Of a stretch of 64,000 nt of DNA, positions 24,405 to 39,638 are shown in pieces. The position numbers and the translations under genes are program-made. Below the pieces are notes generated by a model. It saw only the letters and a list, made by a program, of their open reading frames with translations, searched no databases and was not told the origin of the DNA. The stretch comes from Octopus vulgaris. Lineage: Eukaryota. The stretch spans positions 32,984,001-33,048,000 of the forward strand of contig OX597840.1 of NCBI GenBank assembly GCA_951406725.2, given 5' to 3'. Numbering within the stretch: the first letter of the stretch is position 1; the number at the start of each line of letters is the position of its first letter.

Positions 24405-24940
24405 GGCGGTGAGATGGCAGAATCGTTAGCACGCCGGACGAAATGTTTAACGGTATTTCGTCTGCCGTTACGTTCTGAGTTCAAATTCCGCCGAGATCGA
24501 CTTTGCCTTTCATCCTTTCGGGGTCGATTAAATAAATACCAGTTACTCACTGAGGTCGATATAATCGACTTAATCCGTTTGTCTGTCCTTGTTTGTCCCC
24601 TCTATGTGTAGCCCCTTGTGGGTAGTAAAGAAATAGGTATTTCGTCAGCCGTTACGTTCTGAGTTCAAATTCCGCCGAGGTCGACTTTGCTTTTCATCCT
24701 TTCGGGGTCGATTAAATAAGTACCAGTTACGCACTGGAGTCGATATAATGGACTTAATCCGTTTGTCTGTCCTTGCTTGTCCTCTCAGTGTTTAGCCCCT
24801 TGTGGGTAGTAAAGAAATAGGTATTTCGTCTGCCGTTACGTTCCAAGTTCAAATACCGCCGAGGTCGACTTTTCCTTTCTGGGTCGATAAATTAAGTACC
24901 AGCCAAGTACTGGGGTCGATATAATCGACTGGCCACCTCC
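24405..24940 (+). mobile_element. SINE-B head-to-tail trimer
   Basis: Junctions gaaata|ggtatttcgtc at 24635/36 and 24819/20. Confidence 0.88.
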
Positions 24941-25123
24941 ACAGAGAGTAAAAAATAATACATAAATAAATCTTGGTATTAAATGGGTTTTGAATTCTCT
25001 CGTCATCAGCGAAAAATACAATAAGAAAATAAATTAGATACTTACTTGTACCCATGGAAGAATTAAACATTAAAGTCATGTATACACTTAAGTACCCCAA
25101 ATATATCCAAAATAGAAATAAGT

Positions 25124-25209
<86 letters not shown>

Positions 25210-25212
<3 letters not shown>

Positions 25213-25435
25213 TGTCCAAAGTCAGGACGCCATGATAGATCGTTAGTTCCTAAACGCATTTTTTTTCTCTCCTTTTTTCTCTCCTTGCTTTTTTTTCTGT
25301 GTATCTCTGTCGAAGAGCGTAGGCTCGAAACGTAAAAGACTTTTTCTATTTCTATTCCTGAGCGCCATACTAATACATTTGTTTGTTTGTACTCCACCTG
25401 CCTTCGTCTTTTGTTTATTTTCGTAAACTTTCCCG

Positions 25436-25437
<2 letters not shown>
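25210..25437 (+). mobile_element. Penelope-like remnant (family A) with minimal hammerhead at 25303-25339, between (TA)n tracts
   Basis: CTGTCGA-a-GAGC-gtag-GCTC-GAAACGTA; homologues at 32745 and 43692. Confidence 0.7.
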
Positions 25438-25487
<50 letters not shown>

Positions 25488-25488
<1 letters not shown>

Positions 25489-25695
25489 GTTAATCCAAAC
25501 ATGAAAACACGAAGAGAAAACACAATGCGAGGACGTGGAACAAGTATAGTATTATTGGACGCTCAGGAAAAAAGGAAAGAGGGAGGGTTTGACGTTTCGA
25601 GCGGAGCTCTTCGTCAGAAACATAGGAAAAGGAAAGATCCAGAGAAGGGAAGACGGAGGGAAAAAGATCGCCAACGATACACACGCGGTCACATA
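25488..25695 (-). mobile_element. Penelope-like remnant (family B)
   Basis: Reverse complement of 36861-37070; contains a hammerhead; 3' end abuts (TA)n. Confidence 0.7.
25587..25621 (-). ncRNA. Minimal type I hammerhead ribozyme, canonical core
   Basis: gttt-CTGACGA-a-GAGC-tcc-GCTC-GAAAC-GTC-aaac: stems I and II, palindromic ACGU stem III, GUC triplet. Confidence 0.8.
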
Positions 25696-26109
25696 CACGA
25701 TGTGCTTCTTTCAGATACTGTCTACCAAAGCTTTGGCTGGCTCCGAAACTATACTAAAAGACACTTGCACAAGGTTCCACACAATGATAGTGAACCCCGA
25801 ACCATAACAACCGCGCCTGTGACAAAGTTTTTCAAAAAATGAAGAAAGAAAAATACAAATTTCGATTTGGCAAAAATAGATATGTTTGAACATTTTGTAT
25901 TCACGTGACAATTTTTTACCAGCACGTGAAACAAACATCAACCGTTGGTGTTTGGCACAAATCAAGGTGTGTTTGCTTTGTGTTTGCTTTGTTAAATGGT
26001 AGAATTTTGATCAGAATTCCAAATGTCGAGCCGTGTAAATAAGACCGAAATGTATAAAATATCCTGTTCTTTGTTTTCTGTGTCGAATCTATAACAATGC
26101 AGTTTCCTA

Positions 26110-26700
26110 CACATACATACATACAAACATACATACACACATACATACATACATACATATATATATGTATATACGTACATACATATATACATATCCAAAC
26201 ATATATACATACATACGTACATACATACGTATGTACGTACGTTCGTACATACATACATACATACATACATACATACATACATACATACATACACACATAC
26301 ATACATACATACGTACATACATACATACATATATACATACATACACCATATATACATACATACAAACATATATACATATGTACATACATACATACGTATA
26401 TACTTACATACATACGTGCATACATATATACATACATACATATATACGTAATACATACATACATACAAACATATATACATACATACACACATACATACGT
26501 ATATACATACATACGTATGTACGTACGTACATACATACATACGTACATTCATACATACATACATACATACATACATACATACATACATACATACATACAT
26601 ACATACATACATACATACATACACATATACATACATACATACATAAATACATACATACATACATACAACCAGACAGCAGACAGACAAACAGACAGACAGA
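26110..26700. repeat. (ATAC)n microsatellite
   Basis: Direct inspection. Confidence 0.95.
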
Positions 26701-27240
26701 TCAAAACTTCTAACCGGGCAATGTTACCGAGGAGCCTGCCAGTTCGAGATAAAACTCTACAGGCACGGAAGCAATGTTAGGCAGGGCTGTCCGAGATACA
26801 GGGCAGAGCGACAAAAACCGTTCTGTAGGCCCTTGTGCCGTTAACGAGTCTTGCAGACTTAGTGGGGTTATGATGAACAGCTGGTACCGCACCCGGCATG
26901 AATACGACTATCGGCCGGATCCTCGGGCAGGCGGTGTTCCTCTGTCTTGTGGCTATGGTGAGAGAGGTTATGGGGTGAGCGTGGTTGAAAATATTAAGGC
27001 CAGGCCCCTTCCTCTACGCGCTAGCCTTCATTCATTTTTGCAAGTTCTTCCAGCAAAGGAAAGTGGGGGTGGATAAAGAAGGGCTCGCGTCCTCCACTTC
27101 ATTTTTTGTTAATCACTCATTCCCATTCAATTGTATATATTTTAGTTGTACGTCTCATTCGATACTCTGACCCCCAACGTTTGTTTTGTCTGTCCCCGTA
27201 TCGTCCCCTCTTTTTCTCAACCTTATGGTGAATAAAGAAA
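26701..27240 (+). mobile_element. Degenerate Tx1-type 3' fragment with 3'UTR and tail
   Basis: QCYRG/LPVRDK remnants; UTR words ctcattcga and tctgacccc; tail tttgtctgtcc..gtcccctcttt..aataaagaaa. Confidence 0.78.
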
Positions 27241-27259
27241 GTCTCTCTCTCTCTCTTTC

Positions 27260-27345
<86 letters not shown>

Positions 27346-27555
27346 CCTCTCTCTCGCTTTATCTCTCTCTTTCTCTCTCTCTCTTTCTCTCTCTCTCTTT
27401 CTCTCTCTCCTCTTTCTCTCTCTCTCTTTCTCTATCTTTCTGTCTGTCTGTCTCTCTCTCCCTCTCTCTCTCTCTTTATCTCTCTCTCTTTCTGTCTCTC
27501 TCTCTGTCTCTCTCTCCCTCCCTCTCTCCCTCCCTCTCTCTCTCTCTCCCTCTCC

Positions 27556-27587
<32 letters not shown>

Positions 27588-27611
27588 TTCTCTCTCTCAC
27601 TCTCTCTCCCG

Positions 27612-27959
27612 CAGGAAATCTATCAAAACGTAGGTGACTTTGGCAAGCAAGGTTTCGGTGAGTGAACTTACATTAACCATGCCCCTGGAGAACAACAGTT
27701 GAGCGAGGGCCTGTGCCCTTCGGTGACTCTGGGATCTGTGAGGTTTCATGATTGGCCCTCGCTGGAAGATTGCATCATTCATGTTTTGTATATTTTGTCT
27801 ACATTTTTTTTTTATTTCATTTCCTCCCCCTTTCTCTTTCTTCCCTCATCTTTTTACGTAGACCCCATTTCTTTACCCCTATCCCTTACGCTCATCCCCA
27901 CACAAACTGATGTCAGTCCTTGTGAAATCCCCCTCGTCTATGCTCCTGTGGCGAATAAA

Positions 27960-27960
<1 letters not shown>
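27612..27960 (+). mobile_element. Degenerate Tx1-type 3' end
   Basis: aaaacgtaggtgactttggcaagc resembles the KRWV.VAR terminus; tail tgtcagtccttgt..cccctc..tgtggcgaataaa then (ATT)n. Confidence 0.55.
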
Positions 27961-28935
<975 letters not shown>

Positions 28936-29388
28936 TCAAGAGAGACATCACAATTCCTTGCCATGTGGTTCCAATAATCTCTCCCGTTTCTGAAAATAAC
29001 CAAATTCTTAGACTTCAGTTCTTTTGTTTCCCATTTTCCATTCTATTTAGTTTCGTTCCATCGCAGTCGTAGTCGTCTTTTTACCATTTTCTATTTTCTT
29101 CTGTTTTCCTTATTTTTTTTTAGTTATTTTTTTTTTTCTGTCTGTGTGTCTGTGTATTTTGTTCGTTCCGGTTTTGTTTTTATATTTTTTTATTCTTTTA
29201 TTTGCTTTCTTCCGCTTTCTGCTCGCCTATTTAAATGCTAATACGCAGAAACACACACACAAACACACACACACACGCACACACACACACACACACAGCG
29301 ATAAACTTACAAACATATGCGCATATAAATGTGTGTGTATGTAGACATGTTACGTGCACACACACGAATGTATGTATGTATGGATGTA

Positions 29389-29424
<36 letters not shown>

Positions 29425-29609
29425 TGTATGTATGTATGTATGTATGTATGTATGTATGTGTGTATGTATGTATGTATGTATGTATGTATGTATGTATGTA
29501 TGTACGTATGTGTGTATGTATAGGAACAAAGGCAAAACGGGAACAATACAGAGAGAGCGAAATTTAACGAAATATGATATTAGCGTTTGTGAAATGGAAG
29601 AGAAAACGT

Positions 29610-29645
29610 TAATACGTTTCGGACATTGGTCCTTCATCAGAAAAA
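29610..29645 (-). ncRNA. Minimal hammerhead motif with weak stem I
   Basis: CTGATGA-a-GGAC-caat-GTCC-GAAACGTA on the minus strand. Confidence 0.6.
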
Positions 29646-29810
29646 GGAAAGCATGGAGAAAATGAAACAGAGGGAGAAAGAACTAGTCAGTATATACACA
29701 CTTTCGCACGTACATGCACATGCATGCTCTTACACAACTGAAGCAAGAAAAATAATGAAAGGATCTATCTAATTGTATGTGTGTGTATATGTGTGTGTGT
29801 ATATATACAT

Positions 29811-29881
<71 letters not shown>

Positions 29882-29896
29882 TACATATATATACAC

Positions 29897-29943
<47 letters not shown>

Positions 29944-29967
29944 ATTATATATATATATATATATATA

Positions 29968-30001
<34 letters not shown>

Positions 30002-30094
30002 TAAGACACCTGTTGTTATGTCCTGTTATTATTATTTTTATTTCTATTGTATTTTGTATTTATATTCGTGTAACATCGTCTGATTTTCCGTCCT

Positions 30095-30330
30095 TGTTCT
30101 CGTATACATTCGCTCTTAGCCTAGTTTTTCCTTGGGGCGGTCCCGATTGGAGCAATCTCAAGATTAATCAGCCGTAATTGCGAGGATGATCTGGTTCTTG
30201 ACTGAGGATAGAAAGCTTCGAATGACCCGTCCTTGTTTCCTTTGTATCGTCTAGCTGGATGTTTTGTTGTCCCTTTTGTATCACCTAGCTGTATGGATGT
30301 TTTGCGTTCTTGCCCCATTTTGTATTATAC
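30095..30330 (+). repeat. Interspersed repeat homologous to 47125-47350 (minus), unclassified, possibly Penelope-like
   Basis: Shared gattggagcaatctcaagattaa.cagccg.aattgcgaggatgatc.ggttcttgactga. Confidence 0.6.
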
Positions 30331-30810
30331 ATACATACATATATACACATATCAGAGGGAGACGAAAATCGTCACAATATCACCTGGCGAGAATGCCAGT
30401 TGCATTTCAGTCTTTTTGAGATCTGTCAATGGTGTATACTCAGAGCGAGCCAAATGCTAGACGCGATGTTTTTATTCAACCGAGCAGCTACGCGGAGTAG
30501 ATAAAACATGGGACAACTGATGAAGAGAATGTTCTTTATGTTGCTTGCTTCGTTTCTCTATTTGTTTCTTTCGTTGTTCGAAAAAAAGTTCATTTTCTAT
30601 ATTTTTGATTTTTATGTTCTCGTTTCTCATTTTGTTGACGTTTCTTTGACGTCCTGTACCCATATATGCATGTATATATACATATATATGTAGGTATGTA
30701 CATATATGTATATATGCATATATTTATATATTATTTATATTATATATATATATATATGTAAATATGTATATATATATATATGTATATATATATGTATATA
30801 TATGTATGTG

Positions 30811-30854
<44 letters not shown>

Positions 30855-30867
30855 CAGGCAGACAGAC

Positions 30868-30941
<74 letters not shown>

Positions 30942-31129
30942 TTAGTATGTACAAGCAAGGTTTCTTTCTCTAACATTTTACATAGTTCAGATTAGACAAG
31001 TGGATCTATTCTCTTTGGCTGTGCCTATGGAAATTTTAAAGTTTAGTGGAAAATTTTATAATTTGATGTATTGGTGTAATCTCGGGGGCTAATTCACTCT
31101 TTTGTAGAAAACGTTTTAAAAAGAGTTAC

Positions 31130-31630
31130 AGAGGATTAAAGTTCGATCATTTTTACCCAGTCAGAAAACGGAATTTGGAAGCTGTCATTTTGTGCGTGAC
31201 TGCGCATGCCAACTGTAAGCCAATGAAATATTGTCATAATTCTGCTTTAACGCACGACATATAACCCGTCATGACTTTTTCATATTTTGGAAGAATTTTT
31301 AGAAATGTTTGTAAATTTGTATTCTACACACTGAAATTCATACGATTATGCAAAAACCAAAACAAAAAAGAAACGTTGGTGCGTGATTTAAGTCCTACTT
31401 AGCTGTTATTTTTAGCACATCGTACAATCATCTCATACCTCGTGTTTTAAGCACTTAATAAGCAAAAAATAACTACGTAGTTTGATTGGACCACAACAGA
31501 GGAGTAAGCAACTTGGTGACCGATTTATGGCGAAAACGAATTTCATGTCAATGATTACCATACAAAACTACACCAAATATCAAATCAATTTGAAAAAAAT
31601 TGTAGAAATTGAAAATTGGCAGCCAAACAC
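31130..31630. mobile_element. Non-autonomous DNA-transposon remnant; homologues at 17455-19230 (fragmented) and 51900-52430
   Basis: Shared blocks ttttaccca.tcagaaaac.gaattt, cgtgattta..gccta, caaatcaatt.gaa.aaaa. Confidence 0.6.
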
Positions 31631-32744
31631 AAATTTATGTGTGAAAAACAAAATGGGAATTTTTAAAGAAGTTTCTATAAAACTAATTTTTAGGGATGGA
31701 ATGGCTTTGGGGTCCGCCAGAATAAAATAGGAATCCAAGGGGTTCAAAGGTGGAAAAAATGGTCGAGAAATCCTGTTGTAGAGATTATTATGCCTAGAGT
31801 ATTTCGCCCTGTGGAAATAAATCTAATAATGGTCTATGTCTGGCCTAGATACACATTCTATGCAAAGAGGATATCATTAAGAGCTACCCTTCCCCGCAAA
31901 AAAACACGCATGCACTCCCTTTTAAAAACACAATAGATTATCAGGCTCCTGTTTTTTTTTTTGCATACGCGTTTACCATATCCATACAAACGAACATTGT
32001 TATTGGTGAGGCCTTGTTAAACGTTGTTGTAGTGTGAGAGACGAGTTTATGGACATCCTGCTGGAGTAGAAGGCTGAGAGAAAGAGAGAGACAAACAGAC
32101 AGACAGAGGGTAAAAGCATTGAATGCATTTGGAAGTGTGAATGTGTGAATGACGGACTGAAAGGGAGGGTGTTTGTGAATAGGAGGCGAGAAGCGGGAAC
32201 AATAGAGCCATCTGTGCGTACAGCTTAATGGACGGGTGTATGAATAAAAGGCATTTAATTAGGTACGAGAGAGGTGTATAAATGAATAAAAATTGAATTA
32301 TACTGAATATATATATGTGTGTGTATACATGTGCGTGTGTGTGTGTATATGCATTTATGTATGTATATATGCATGCATGCATGTACTATATATGTACGCA
32401 TGCATGTGTATGTGTGCATCTATGCATGTGTGTATGTATGCTTGTGTGTATGGATGCATGTGTATGTATGTATGAATTGTAAAGGAGTTTGTGGTAAATA
32501 CAATTCAGATTGTAAACGCACATATATACGTGTATATATGTGCGTTTATGTATGTATATGGATGTATGTTTCTGCTATTTTTTGGTATTTATGTGTGCGC
32601 GAATATATGCATTCATGTCTGTATGTATGTATGTATTCACGTATGATTGTATCTATAGATACATATATGTATGTATATATGTATGTATATATGTATATAT
32701 ATATATATGTGTGTGTGTGTGCGTGCGTGCGTGCGTGTATGTAT

Positions 32745-32905
32745 CGTTAGCCACTACACACATTTTTTTTCTGTGTCCCTTTCTGTAGAAGAGCGTAGGC
32801 TCGAAACGTAAAAGACTTTTTCTATTCCTGAGCGTTATACTAATACATCTGTTTGTTTTCTACACCACCTGTCTTCGTCTTTTGTTTTTTTCGTAAACTC
32901 TCCCT
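32745..32905 (+). mobile_element. Penelope-like remnant (family A) with hammerhead at 32779-32814
   Basis: cttt-CTGTAGA-a-GAGC-gtag-GCTC-GAAACGTA-aaag; ends in (TA)n. Confidence 0.7.
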
Positions 32906-32951
32906 ATATATATATGCATTTACATGTATGTGTGTACGTATATATATGCAT

Positions 32952-33227
32952 ACTCTCTTTTACTCGTTTCAGTCATTTGACTGCGGCCATGCTGGAGCTC
33001 CGCCTTTAGTCGAGCAAATTGACCCCAGGACTTGTTCTTTGTAAGTCTAGTACTTATTCTATCGGTTTTTTTTTGCCGAACCGCTAAATTACGGGGACGG
33101 AAACACACCAGCATCGGTTGTCAAGCGATGTTGGGTGGATAAACACAGACACACAAACACATACATACATACATACATACATACATACATACATACATAC
33201 ATACAGATAGATAGATAGATAGATAGG

Positions 33228-33317
<90 letters not shown>

Positions 33318-33443
33318 CGACAAGGCTTCGGTCGGCCCGAAGCTATAGTAGAAGAAACATGGCCAAGATGCCACGCAGTGGGACTGAACCCAGAACCATG
33401 TGGTTGGTAAGCAGGCTACTTACCACACAGCCACTCCTGCGCC
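32952..33443 (-). mobile_element. SINE-A with expanded internal (ATAC)/(AGAT) and a core deletion
   Basis: Tail, body and head present in reverse complement. Confidence 0.85.
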
Positions 33444-33763
33444 TATGTATTTATGATGTCTATTTCTTTTTTTAACAATCCGAAATCTTGTTGCAAGGAA
33501 AGAAATCGTTTCTAACAACGGAACAAATATTCCCTCACTGGAATTTGTATAAAATTAACGATTGTTATTACATATTATACTTTAAGAATGTCTTGCATAT
33601 TTTTACTGTTCCACTTACTGTGTGTTCGACGATCACTCTGCTTCAAAATCTAGTGCTTCTAGATTACCCCGTAGATACTTGCTAGCATAGCTGAATGTAC
33701 CGATAATACTGTAATAATTGTTTTTTTATTCGTGTACTTATTTGTTGTCTCTGCTAAGGAACT

Positions 33764-34500
33764 GTTATTCGTATTTGCTTCCATCTAGAAATCAAAGAAA
33801 ACGACTACTATTCCCTTTACACTTTGCTTTTGTCACCTGAGCATCTGCGTTTTGAAACCGACATATTTTCCATTACATTTCAGACAGATTCATCGCTGAG
33901 TTGCTGAAGCGGAAATATCGTTATAACAAATATTCTGCTCAATACCATAGATTTGGTTGCTGTCTTTGGTCAGTAAGTGTTATTTCCTATTTGCTTCTAT
34001 CTAGAAATCAAAGGAAATGACTACCATTCCCTTCACATTTTGCTTTTGTCTCTTGGACATCAATGTTTTGAAACTGACCTATTTTCCATTACACATCACA
34101 CAGATTCAGCACTAAATTGCTGAAGCAGAAATATTATTATAGCAAATATAATCTGCTCAATACCACAGATTAGCTTATCAGTTGCTTGCCCTTAACCTCT
34201 TGAGCATGTCCCTTAGCGGCTGACAATACGTTATAGCAAATATTCTGCTCAATACCACAGATTTGTTTGTTGTGTTCAGTCAGTAAGTGTTATTTCCTAT
34301 TTGCTTCTATCTAGAAATCAAAGGAAACGACTACTATTCCCTTCAAACTTTGCTTTTCTGACCTCGATATCAATATTTTCAAACTGACCTATTTTCCATT
34401 ACATTTTAGACAGATTCAGTGCCGAGGTGCTGAAGCAGAAATACCGTTATAGAGTTATCATTATTCTGCTCAATACCACAGGTTTGCCTGTTAGTTGTTT
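33764..34500. repeat. Old degenerate tandem triplication, units ~215-310 bp
   Basis: tatttgctt..atctagaaatcaaag.aaa.gacta recurs at ~33770, ~33990 and ~34300. Confidence 0.8.
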
Positions 34501-35002
34501 GACAAGCTACTTCTGTTCAGAGATGCGCATACAGTCAACCACTAAGGGACATGCTGAAATGGTTAAAATCAATTCTATAGTGTTTGTGTGAAAAATCCAA
34601 AATTCTTTTATTCTTTAATAGGTTTCAGCCCAATGGCTGTGGCCTTGCTGGGGCGCCGCTTTATTTTTAATTCCCCTGAAGAAAACGTTTTTTTTTTTAC
34701 ATAATGCAATTGATGTGTTCATTAATAAAATAAAAACCATCTCTGAAACAGCTGTAGTGAACCTCAGCCTATTTGTGTTATTAGTTATATATATGTGAGT
34801 GTGTGTGTGTGTGTGTGTGTATGTACGTGTATGTGTGTGTGTGTATGTACGTGTATGTGTGTGTGTGTTTTGGTACGCTTAGATACAAACTTATGCAAAA
34901 GAATGACCAAAGGAATAAAAGAAAGAAAACGAAGATGAATGAATGATTGAAAATAAAAAGAAAGAAAGTAAGAAAGAAAGATAGAAAGAGGGAAAGAAAG
35001 AG

Positions 35003-35041
<39 letters not shown>

Positions 35042-35603
35042 AAGAGGGAGAGAAAGGGAGAGAGAGAGAAAGAGAGAGAGAAAGAAAGAGAGAGAGAAAG
35101 AAAGAGAGAGAGAGAAAGAGAGAGGGAGAGAGAGAGAGAAAGAGAGAGAGGGGGAGAGAGAGAGAGAGAGAGAACAGGAAAATAACAAAACTAGCCAAAA
35201 GCGGCAATAAAAATGACAATAGTAGTTAAAAGTGAGTGGAAATTAGGAGAAAAAAGAGAGGTAAGAAATCAAGGGAGGTAATAATGAAAGTGTAGAATGA
35301 AAGCCATTGGATGGAGATTTAAGAAAGTTGGATATCAAAGGTGAGGTGTAAGAAGCAATAAAATAGCCATGATTGGAGAAAGGTCAAGCGAGGTGGGACT
35401 GTGTGGTCAGAGTGGGGTTTTTCAATTAACTGGTTGGACATTGATGGAGAAGAGAATGGGAGGGAGGAAAGGGGAAGGGAAAGAGAGAAGGAGAGAGAAA
35501 GGAAGAAGGATATATCTAATGTATGTACATCTGAATATATATATATATATATAATGTATGTATATCTGTCCAGATATATGTATATATCTACAAACATACA
35601 CAC

Positions 35604-35648
<45 letters not shown>

Positions 35649-35705
35649 TATATATATATATATATATATACGCACACACACACACATATATGTATATGTG
35701 TGTAG

Positions 35706-35738
<33 letters not shown>

Positions 35739-36004
35739 TATATATTTATAAAACAGGCAGAAACCAGTCAACGTACATACATATACATATGTACTGTGTA
35801 TGTATGTATGTATGTATGTATGTATGTACGTATGTATGTATGTATGTATATATATATATCTGCATGTATATAAAGATCGATCGATCGACCAATAGATAGA
35901 TAGAGAGAGAGAGAGAGGCAGATAGAGAGATAGATAGAGAGAGAGAGAGATAGAGAGAGAGAGTGAGAGAGAGAGAGAGATACATAGAAATAGAGTGAGA
36001 GAGT

Positions 36005-36072
<68 letters not shown>

Positions 36073-36723
36073 CGAGCGAAAATATGAAGAACGGAAGGAA
36101 AAGAAAAAGAGAGAATAAGTGTCAGACATTTGTTAAACTGCAATTTTCGCAACGAATAAAAATGATGGATGTGCCAACATGGCCGCATGGTCAAGGAGGT
36201 GTTTCGCAATCACATCATTTCAGTAATCTTTTATCCACAAATTGCGGACCGAATTCATCTTCCGTTTATTCAAATACCACGAGGTCTAATCCTCTTGAGG
36301 TATTCGAGGAAAGAAAACATCATTTTCTGCATTGAATAATCTCGGTACTCCGAGTCGTTCTGGTGTAATTGCAATTAAGCTAATGATCAATGGTGTTTCA
36401 ACCCTGACTCCTTTATTTTCTACATGGCGTCGTTTCTATACACTGTGTTGTGGTTTCTCGTTCTAAATATTTCGAGTAAAAACTCCTTATCAAACAAAAT
36501 TGTTTACTTAGCGCAGTGTCCGAAATCGTACCAGTGGGAATTGACCAAATGTGACACAGCTGTGTGTATGGTGGGCCGCATCTCACTAAAATTTGAGCTA
36601 AATGTTTATGAACACTTTCAACACTGCTCCAACCACCTCTTACAGACTGATAAAGAATTCCTGATTCAAAATATAATGATTGTTAAATGAATAGCAGTAA
36701 TTTTAAATAAAAAAATTAAAATT

Positions 36724-36760
<37 letters not shown>

Positions 36761-36860
36761 TTAAAATTGGCAACTTACGATTTCATCCTTTATTCAATTT
36801 TAAAGGTTTGTGTTTCATACAATTTTTCTTACTATAAATAAAATCACACACACACACTCA

Positions 36861-37068
36861 TTTGTGACCGCGTGTGTATCGTTGGCGATTTATTTTCCTC
36901 CGTCTTCCCTTCCTTGGACCTTTCCTTTTTCTATCTTTCTGACGAAGAGCTCCACTCGAAACGTTAAATCCTCCTTCTTTCTCTCCTTTCCTGAGCGTTC
37001 AATAATACTATATTTATTCCACGTCCTCGCGTTGTGTTTTCTCTTTGTGTTTTCATGTTTGGATTAAC

Positions 37069-37070
<2 letters not shown>
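36861..37070 (+). mobile_element. Penelope-like remnant (family B) with hammerhead at 36936-36968
   Basis: ttt-CTGACGA-a-GAG-ctcca-CTC-GAAAC-GTT-aaa; ends in (TA)n. Confidence 0.72.
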
Positions 37071-37126
<56 letters not shown>

Positions 37127-37127
37127 C

Positions 37128-37324
37128 TTTCATTCGTCTTACTTGTTTCAACCATTTGACTGCGGCCATGCTGGAGCACCGCCTTGAGTCGAACAAACCT
37201 ATCCGAGGACTTATTCTTTGTAGGCCCAGTCTCTTTTGCCCAACCGCTAGGTTACGGTGACTATACGGGGACACACGAATATCGGTTGTCAAGCGATGGT
37301 GAGGGAACATACACAAATACACAA

Positions 37325-37420
<96 letters not shown>

Positions 37421-37575
37421 GACGGGCTTCTTTCAATTTCCGTCTACCAAATCCACTCACAAGGCTTTGGACGGTCCGAGGTAATAGTAGAAGAGACTTG
37501 CCAAGGGATCACGCAGTGGGGCTGAACCCGAAACCATGTGGTTGGTTAGCAAGCTTCTTATCACCCAGCCACGCA
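37128..37575 (-). mobile_element. SINE-A, moderately diverged
   Basis: Reverse-complement match along its length. Confidence 0.8.
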
Positions 37576-38000
37576 CACACATATAATTTGAAATAGTTTG
37601 ATTCGGTTCTATGCAACTTAAAGTTTCACGCACACTATACACACACGCACATACACACACAGACATACACATACATATGCATAGGTACATACATACATAC
37701 ATACGTGTATACTTACATACATACGTACATACATATATACATACATATATACATACATAAATACACATACACATACATACATACATAAATACATACATAC
37801 ACACATACATACATACATACATACACACATACACACATACATACACACACACATACATACATACATACATACATATATACATACATACATACATACATAA
37901 TACATACATACACACATACATACATACATACATACATACAGACATAATACATACACACATACATACACACACACATACATACATACATACATATTTACAT

Positions 38001-38031
<31 letters not shown>

Positions 38032-38494
38032 TAATACATAAATACATACATACATACATACATACATACATACATACATACATACATACATACAAGATCT
38101 CTCCTTTAGCTACTCCCCTCTAGTACATTAGCCATTATCATCATCATCATCATCATCACCATAACCATCATTTCTTCACAACCACCCCCACCACCACCAT
38201 CATGACCAAGTCCACCGTTACCATCACCACCACCACATCACCGCCACCACCATCCCAATAAATGATACCATATCAAGAATTATATCGTTCCGAAAACACG
38301 ATTTCACGCCTCTGCCCCTCAACCCAGCGCCCAACCCGTGCGCCTGACCCTATCCCTAACCCACCTCTATCAATAACCATTCTATAGTTTCGGCCATTTC
38401 ACTGACCGACCAATGATTTAACGCCAACGTAACTGACCACTGTCCGTTTTTATAGTTACACAACTAATGTCCGATTTTCGTTTCAGGAAATGGC

Positions 38495-38553
38495 GTGTGT
38501 GTATGTGTGTGTGCTTGCGTTTTGTGTGTGTGAGTGTTTGAATGTGTGTATAT

Positions 38554-38608
<55 letters not shown>

Positions 38609-38646
38609 TGCGTTTTGTGTGTGTGAGTGTTTGAATGTGTGTATAT

Positions 38647-38679
<33 letters not shown>

Positions 38680-39003
38680 TGCGTTTTGTGTGTGTGAGTG
38701 TTTGAATGTGTGTATATAAGTGTGTGTGTGTGTGTGTATGTGTGTGTGCTTGCGTTTTGTGTGTGTGAGTGTTTGAATGTGTGTATATAAGTGTGTGTGT
38801 GTGTGTGTGTGTGTGTGCTTGCGTTTTGTGTGTGTGAGTGTTTGAATGTGTGTATATAAGTGTGTGTGTGTGTGTGTATGTGTGTGTGCTTGCGTTTTGT
38901 GTGTGTGAGTGTTTGAATGTGTGTATATAAGTGTGTGTGTGTGTGTGTGTGTATGTGTGTGTGCTTGCGTTTTGTGTGTGTGAGTGTTTGAATGTGTGTA
39001 TAT

Positions 39004-39048
<45 letters not shown>

Positions 39049-39086
39049 TGCGTTTTGTGTGTGTGAGTGTTTGAATGTGTGTATAT

Positions 39087-39123
<37 letters not shown>

Positions 39124-39161
39124 TGCGTTTTGTGTGTGTGAGTGTTTGAATGTGTGTATAT

Positions 39162-39200
<39 letters not shown>

Positions 39201-39307
39201 TGCGTTTTGTGTGTGTGAGTGTTTGAATGTGTGTATATAAGTGTGTGTGTGTGTGTGTGTGTGTGCTTGCGTTTTGTGTGTGTGAGTGTTTGAATGTGTG
39301 TATATAA

Positions 39308-39338
<31 letters not shown>

Positions 39339-39449
39339 CTTGCGTTTTGTGTGTGTGAGTGTTTGAATGTGTGTATATAAGTGTGTGTGTGTGTGTGTGT
39401 GTGTGTGCTTGCGTTTTGTGTGTGTGAGTGTTTGAATGTGTGTATATAA

Positions 39450-39482
<33 letters not shown>

Positions 39483-39528
39483 TGTGCTTGCGTTTTGTGT
39501 GTGTGAGTGTTTGAATGTGTGTATATAA

Positions 39529-39561
<33 letters not shown>

Positions 39562-39605
39562 TGTGCTTGCGTTTTGTGTGTGTGAGTGTTTGAATGTGTG
39601 TATAT

Positions 39606-39638
<33 letters not shown>

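Noticed and set aside
30130-30240. Possible hammerhead (CTGAGGA/CTGAAGA) in the 30095/47125 repeat, and CTGATGA at ~12840
   Set aside because: No correctly spaced stem II-GAAA-UH could be built.
36120-36700. Non-repetitive stretch that might be an exon or a decayed transposon ORF
   Set aside because: No convincing domain motif or splice-bounded frame by eye; a translated search is needed.
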